DNA of 50,242 nucleotides, from positions 1-50,242 of the IMG/VR virus record IMGVR_UViG_3300006428_000045. One strand, given 5' to 3'. Position 1 is the stretch's first letter, and each line of letters starts with the position of its first letter. Below the pieces are notes generated by a model. That model saw only the letters and a program-made list of their open reading frames with translations. It did no database searches and was not told where the DNA came from. Positions 45,818-50,242 of this stretch are shown piece by piece. The stretch comes from a virus. Lineage: Duplodnaviria; Caudoviricetes. The translations under genes and the position numbers were made by a program.

Positions 45818-47302
45818 ATGACAGCAGAACAAAAACAGTTTATCGAGCGGGTGGGCAAGCTTGCCGCCGCAGATATGCAGAAAAGCGGTGTTCCTGCTTC
45901 TCTGACGATTGCACAGGCGATTCTTGAAAGCGGGTGGGGTAAATCCGGCCTGACGGTCAAGGCAAACGCCCTTTTCGGCATCAAGGCCGGGGCATTGTGG
46001 AAAGGCAAGGCATACAGCGCAAAAACGCAAGAATGCTACGACGGCGTTTCCTATACCACAATCACGGCCCTGTTTCGGGCCTATTCAAGCTGGGCGGAGA
46101 GCGTAGCCGATCATTCGGCGTTACTGACCGGGCTGGCGAGGTATAAAGCAGTCGTCGGGGAGCGGGACTATAAAGCCGCTTGCCGGGCAATCAAGGCCGC
46201 GGGCTATGCGACCTCGCCGGACTATGCGGTGAAGCTGATTCAGCTTATCGAACTTTACGGGCTGACGGCCTATGACGGCACAGAGAAAGGGGAACAAAAG
46301 ACAATGACAGAATCACAGGTTCGGGCGAACGTTGTTGCGATTGCACAAGGCTTCATCGGGTGCAAGGAAAGCGACGGTTCACACAAAAAAATTATCGACA
46401 TTTATAATTCGCACAAGCCGCTGGCGCGGGGCTATGCGGTGAAGTACACAGACGCGTGGTGCGCCACCTATGTTTCAACGGTAAGCATTCAGGCGGGCTA
46501 TACGGACATTATGCCGACGGAATGCGGTTGCGGCCCCATGATCGAACTTTACAAGAAGCTGGGCCGTTGGCAGGAAAACGACGCTTGCACGCCGTCACCC
46601 GCCGACGTGATCTTTTATGATTGGGAGGACAGCGGCAACGGCGACAACACAGGCGCGCCAGATCACGTCGGTATTGTTGTTTCCGTCGTAGGGTCCACAA
46701 TCAAAGTTATCGAGGGAAACAAGGGCAATGCGGTGGAATATCGCAATATTGCCGTGAATGGCAAGTGCATTCGCGGGTATGGCTTGCCCGACTATGCGAG
46801 AAAGGCAACAGGAACCGCCACACAGCCCGCAGGACAGCCCGGAACGTCTACCGGGTCCGTTATCACTCCCGCCGCACTCGCGTTCGCCGTGGGCGACGTA
46901 GTACGCTTCACAGGAAATCAGCATTACGCGTCCGCGGCGGCGGCAAGCGGCCCCGCGTGCAAACCCGGAACGGCAAAAGTAACGGCGGTATCAAAGGGAG
47001 CAAAACACCCTTACCACCTGATTGCACAGAGCGGCGGCGGGTCAACCGTTTACGGATGGGTTGACGCGGCGGACGTTCAGGCGGCTTCCAGCGGGAGCGG
47101 CGCGACCGCGGCGGCAAAAATGCGCGTCGGCGCAAAGGTTCAGTATTCCGGCCCCGTCTACCGCGACAGCAACGGAAACGGACAGGGAAAGGCCGTTTCG
47201 GGCGCGTACACGGTCAAATATTACTATCCGGGCCGCAAGTGCGGCGTACACATCGGCGGGCTGGGGTGGGTCCCCGAATCTGCCTGTAAAATCGCCGGGT
47301 AA
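45818..47302 (+). CDS. Endolysin: GH73 glucosaminidase + CHAP + C-terminal cell-wall-binding domains
   Basis: AQAILESGWG, NALFGIKA, GYATSP; WCAT..DHVGIV..IEGN; SH3-like YGWV/GLGWV. Confidence 0.9.
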   Translation: MTAEQKQFIERVGKLAAADMQKSGVPASLTIAQAILESGWGKSGLTVKANALFGIKAGALWKGKAYSAKTQECYDGVSYTTITALFRAYSSWAESVADHSALLTGLARYKAVVGERDYKAACRAIKAAGYATSPDYAVKLIQLIELYGLTAYDGTEKGEQKTMTESQVRANVVAIAQGFIGCKESDGSHKKIIDIYNSHKPLARGYAVKYTDAWCATYVSTVSIQAGYTDIMPTECGCGPMIELYKKLGRWQENDACTPSPADVIFYDWEDSGNGDNTGAPDHVGIVVSVVGSTIKVIEGNKGNAVEYRNIAVNGKCIRGYGLPDYARKATGTATQPAGQPGTSTGSVITPAALAFAVGDVVRFTGNQHYASAAAASGPACKPGTAKVTAVSKGAKHPYHLIAQSGGGSTVYGWVDAADVQAASSGSGATAAAKMRVGAKVQYSGPVYRDSNGNGQGKAVSGAYTVKYYYPGRKCGVHIGGLGWVPESACKIAG

Positions 47303-47387
47303 GGAGGACTTACAAAAGCAGAAAAAAACAGAAGCAAAAGAAACGGAAAAAAGGGGCGGTAAATAAACCGCAGAAAGGGAAATTACT

Positions 47388-47762
47388 ATGAACGTTTTAC
47401 AGTTTATCGCGCGGAATTGGGACAGCCTGCTGGTTGTCGTCGCATTCATTGTGTTTATCGTGGTTCTTGTCAAGCGGGGCGAAACAAAGGTTCTGAAACA
47501 GATCCTTTTTAACCTTGTCACGCAGGCAGAAAAGCAGTTCGGGAGCGGGACGGGGACGTTGAAGTTCGCCGCCGTCGCAGATTGGATTTATCAGAGAATC
47601 CCGGCAATTCTGAAACTGCTTTTCACGGAAGCGGACATTGCGAAAATGATTGAAGCCGTGCTGGGGGAAGCTAAAAAGGCATGGGAAACGAACGATAATA
47701 TTAAAACATACATTGACGCGGCGGAGGGCGAAACTCCGCCGAAGAAGCTTAGCGCAGAATAA
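47388..47762 (+). CDS. Putative holin
   Basis: N-terminal TM; LVTQAEKQFGSGTGTLK (LL-H holin-like). Confidence 0.7.
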   Translation: MNVLQFIARNWDSLLVVVAFIVFIVVLVKRGETKVLKQILFNLVTQAEKQFGSGTGTLKFAAVADWIYQRIPAILKLLFTEADIAKMIEAVLGEAKKAWETNDNIKTYIDAAEGETPPKKLSAE

Positions 47763-47784
47763 AACCGTCCGATTCGGACAAAAC

Positions 47785-47825
47785 AAAAGCCCGCTGGAGG
47801 TTTACACCCCCGGCGGGCTTTTTCT
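47785..47825. terminator. Bidirectional terminator ending the late operon
   Basis: AAAAGCCCGCTGG...CCGGCGGGCTTTTT between convergent genes. Confidence 0.75.
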
Positions 47826-47833
47826 GTTGGCGG

Positions 47834-48658
47834 TCATTTAGCATTCATTTCATTGATTAGGGTTCTGAAATGGAAACACTGGATATTGTAGCCGCCCGCT
47901 CCGATTGTTTGAACCTTTGCAACACCATTCGTCCCGATAATAAACCCGTTCAAATCATCTTTTTCACCGATAGTTAAATTGCTTGCGTCCGTGATCGTTC
48001 CAACGATGGCGTTAGTTCTTTCAATGATAAAATCATATTTTCGGGTTGCTTCCTGTTCCAATTCCTTGTTTAGCTTTACGGTTGCGGATTCCAACGTACT
48101 TTCATTTGTGTACTGACGGAGGTATTCATATTCGCCGTCTGAAACCTTAACTTGAACTTTAATTTTCTTTCCGTACCTATCAATTTCGGCGCGATCTTCA
48201 AACACTCCGACACATTTAGTTTTAAAGGCTTTCCACATTGCCTTTGACTTTTGATCGGATTCCTCGCGCTCTGGGGTTCCCCATCTAAAAGACTGAGCAA
48301 CTTTGCTTGCTTCTTTTGCTTCTGCATATTCGGCGTAATAGGCTTGAAGACCTTTACCGTAATACTCCCGAACTTTTTCTTTCCACATTTCCAGAAAATC
48401 AAGAATTGCTTTAACATTTCGGCTGCTGGACTTCTCGACTTCTGCGTTAAGTTTAGCCCGGAAATTATCAAGGGCCTTTTGCGCTGATTCAATATCCCGG
48501 ATTGTATATTTCAAATCATCTTCACGGTAATAATAAGGATTGTTGGTTTCCCAATTACCAGATTCCGCCTTGCGGATTCTTTCAAGCTTTTTAGTTAGCT
48601 TGTTTAGCTCATTTTCCTTGCCTGCAATTCGCTTCTGAATGAATTCTATGCTTGCCAT
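47834..48658 (-). CDS. Hypothetical protein (coiled coil; C-terminal GAGGYNIQCFHFR)
   Basis: Own promoter and GAAAGGA RBS; AT-richer than the structural genes. Confidence 0.75.
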   Translation of the reverse strand: MASIEFIQKRIAGKENELNKLTKKLERIRKAESGNWETNNPYYYREDDLKYTIRDIESAQKALDNFRAKLNAEVEKSSSRNVKAILDFLEMWKEKVREYYGKGLQAYYAEYAEAKEASKVAQSFRWGTPEREESDQKSKAMWKAFKTKCVGVFEDRAEIDRYGKKIKVQVKVSDGEYEYLRQYTNESTLESATVKLNKELEQEATRKYDFIIERTNAIVGTITDASNLTIGEKDDLNGFIIGTNGVAKVQTIGAGGYNIQCFHFRTLINEMNAK

Positions 48659-48706
48659 ATTCAAAACCATCCTTTCATACTACGTAAGTAGTTTGCTTAT
48701 GCTCCT

Positions 48707-48735
48707 ATAATATACTAACGTTAGTATAATGTCAA
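48707..48735 (-). promoter_or_regulatory. sigmaA promoter with palindromic operator TATACTAACGTTAGTATA
   Basis: TTGACA-17-TATTAT; perfect 18-bp palindrome 48711-48728. Confidence 0.8.
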
Positions 48736-48792
48736 GAGGAAAAGCAAAAGTTTTTCAAAAAAGTTGCCCGCCGTAGTTCGGCGGACAAGATA

Positions 48793-49206
48793 TTAGGCTG
48801 GAACCGTGGAAGCGTCGAGCCGGAAAACGAGATCAAGAACTTTCAAGCGTGCCGTGTAGTTGCGGCTTACCTCTCTTTCAAGGGCGGCACGGACACCAGC
48901 GGGGGCAATGGACAGGCCGTAAGCAATCAACCGATCTTCCGCAGATTTCAGAGCGGCGCGGGCGGTGTTCATTTCATCTTCAAGCCCGGCGGAAACGATC
49001 AGCGCGGAACACTCTTCATTTGCGATTTCAAAGGCCGCGTCGTCGTCCATGCAATAAAGCAGTCCGGGAATGGAGCCGTCCACGTTCACAATGCCGTGGT
49101 CTGCAATGTACTTCTTTTCAATGACGGCTTGCCGGGATTCGACTTCCTGAACATAAGCTTTTGCGATCATGTAGGATTCCTGATACTTGTTCGTTGCCTT
49201 TTTCAT
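48793..49206 (-). CDS. Hypothetical protein
   Basis: GGAGG RBS; own promoter. Confidence 0.75.
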   Translation of the reverse strand: MKKATNKYQESYMIAKAYVQEVESRQAVIEKKYIADHGIVNVDGSIPGLLYCMDDDAAFEIANEECSALIVSAGLEDEMNTARAALKSAEDRLIAYGLSIAPAGVRAALEREVSRNYTARLKVLDLVFRLDASTVPA

Positions 49207-49241
49207 TGTGATTACCTCCGTTTGTTCTTCTTTATGACCTT

Positions 49242-49270
49242 ATTATATACTAACGTTAGTATAAAGTCAA
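49242..49270 (-). promoter_or_regulatory. sigmaA promoter with palindromic operator
   Basis: TTGACT-17-TATAAT; perfect palindrome 49246-49263. Confidence 0.8.
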
Positions 49271-49312
49271 GAGAATAAAGACAAGTTTTTTAAAGTATTT
49301 TTAGGAGGACAG

Positions 49313-49352
49313 AAAACCCCGCCGGGGGTTCCCGGCGGGGCGGTGGTTTTTA
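49313..49352 (-). terminator. Terminator after 49353-49592
   Basis: CCCCGCCGGG/CCCGGCGGGG stem with T-run on the minus strand. Confidence 0.6.
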
Positions 49353-49592
49353 TTACGCCAACTTGAACACGTTATATAGGAATTCACCATTTTTATCTTG
49401 AATTGTTTCGACATGCGTCAATTCGCTAAGTGCCTCGCTCATCGGCGAACCGTATGTCCCGCGAACCCAAAGACCGGACTTCTCCGCCATGCCCCAGAAG
49501 CAATTAACCTCAATGCCGCCGTTCTCAAACGGGAGTTTCTTAAAAGTGTGCTTAATCCAGTTTTTGCACCAGTCAACTTTAATCTCTTTCAT
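49353..49592 (-). CDS. Hypothetical protein
   Basis: AAAGGGG RBS; own promoter. Confidence 0.7.
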   Translation of the reverse strand: MKEIKVDWCKNWIKHTFKKLPFENGGIEVNCFWGMAEKSGLWVRGTYGSPMSEALSELTHVETIQDKNGEFLYNVFKLA

Positions 49593-49626
49593 TTTTAACC
49601 GCCCCTTTTATTTTGCTTATGATATT

Positions 49627-49732
49627 ATCATATACTAGCGTAAGTATAATGTCAAGCCGGAATGTTGCACAATATACTAACGTTAGATTTGTTAAAAATA
49701 TACTTGCGTTAGTATTTGTGGCGTGTTATAAT
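49627..49732. promoter_or_regulatory. Divergent promoters with three operator variants
   Basis: Leftward TTGACA-17-TATGAT (49655-49627); rightward TTGCGT-17-TATAAT (49704-49732); operator copies at 49631, 49673, 49699. Confidence 0.75.
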
Positions 49733-49758
49733 AGGGCGACAACAAAGGAGGGGTGCAG

Positions 49759-49971
49759 GTGGCCGGAAAATTTGAAACGCCCCGCGGAGCGGCGGCGACA
49801 GAAGCAAAGCGTAAATATAATGAAAAATCCTATGATCGGATTTATCCTATGGTTCATAAAGGGAAAAAGGAAATCTATCTTTCGGCGGCAAAGGCGGCGG
49901 GAATGTCATTGAATGAATGGATAGAAACGACGCTTGACACAGCGGCAAAGGCGGCGGGATATGAAATGTAA
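49759..49971 (+). CDS. Ribbon-helix-helix (Arc-like) DNA-binding protein
   Basis: KYNEKSYDRIYPMVHKGKKE..AAKAAGMSLNEWI pattern; AAGGAGG RBS. Confidence 0.72.
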   Translation: MAGKFETPRGAAATEAKRKYNEKSYDRIYPMVHKGKKEIYLSAAKAAGMSLNEWIETTLDTAAKAAGYEM

Positions 49972-50242
49972 AGTGACATTTCACCCGGCGTTCGTGGAAG
50001 CAGTCAAGGCCGTGGAGGAATTGGGGAAAGAACGGGTAAATCTTCAAGCCGTGCTGGAGCCTGAAACATTCGAGCGGGTCCGGGAGATCATCGAAGCGCA
50101 GGCCGTAGAGAAGCGGGCCGCGTACTATGGGACAATTTGCGAAGCGGTGTGCGCCGGGGAAGATTTTTCACACGTTGAAAGCCTGAGAGACATTGCGGAC
50201 ATTTACGCCCGGTTCATTGTCCGGCGGGCATTGGAGGAATAA
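49961..50242 (+). CDS. Hypothetical protein
   Basis: Overlaps the RHH gene end; stop at window end. Confidence 0.6.
   Translation: MKCKVTFHPAFVEAVKAVEELGKERVNLQAVLEPETFERVREIIEAQAVEKRAAYYGTICEAVCAGEDFSHVESLRDIADIYARFIVRRALEE

Larger units (their letters stand above)
2517..50242. mobile_element. Temperate prophage (lambda-like head, P2-like contractile tail, DGR-bearing); right end probably beyond window
   Basis: Integrase, repressor, replication, packaging, head, tail, baseplate and lysis modules in canonical order with no obvious disruption. Confidence 0.95.

Noticed and set aside
48711-49716. CRISPR array from the repeated 18-bp palindrome
   Set aside because: Irregular spacing of hundreds of bp with genes in between; repeats sit in promoter spacers; no cas genes
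49972-50242. attR / right prophage boundary
   Set aside because: No second TGGTGGAGC core or RNA gene found before the window ends
1-50242. A third DGR variable repeat
   Set aside because: TR anchors TCTTCCGGCGCGCTG and GGCGTTCGCCCGCT were seen only at TR, VR1 and VR2 by eye; a short-word BLASTN of TR against the whole genome is still worthwhile

Overview
Bases 1-2410 are host chromosome (nadB-nadC, NAD biosynthesis). The remaining ~47.7 kb is an apparently intact temperate prophage of a Bacillota/Clostridia-like host (inferred from gene families, strong RBSs and sigmaA-type promoters). Its left junction lies at a tRNA/tmRNA-like 3' end (~2517), and no right junction is visible in the window. 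Gene order: large serine integrase, lipoprotein, XRE repressor, early/replication genes (HUH Rep-like protein, RecU, DNA methyltransferase, ASCH, ParA/ParB), lambda-type head (GpA terminase, portal, Clp protease, gpE capsid), P2-type contractile tail, lysis genes and a terminal cassette of individually promoted genes. The main finding is a complete diversity-generating retroelement (avd-TR-RT, 40487-42426) with two targets. One is the adjacent tail-associated CLec/Ig-like protein (VR1 43077-43168). The other is a remote, apparently cytoplasmic early-region protein 32 kb away (VR2 8569-8654). Both VRs differ from TR almost only at TR adenines and share a downstream 13-mer that TR lacks. Other observations: an integrase ORF that reads through the att junction, a ribbon-helix-helix mini-regulon with an 18-bp palindromic operator, a parS-like palindrome, a strand-polarised CCGCGGCGG motif and a -1 frameshift in the tail chaperone. 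All family calls come from recognising motifs by eye, not from database searches.
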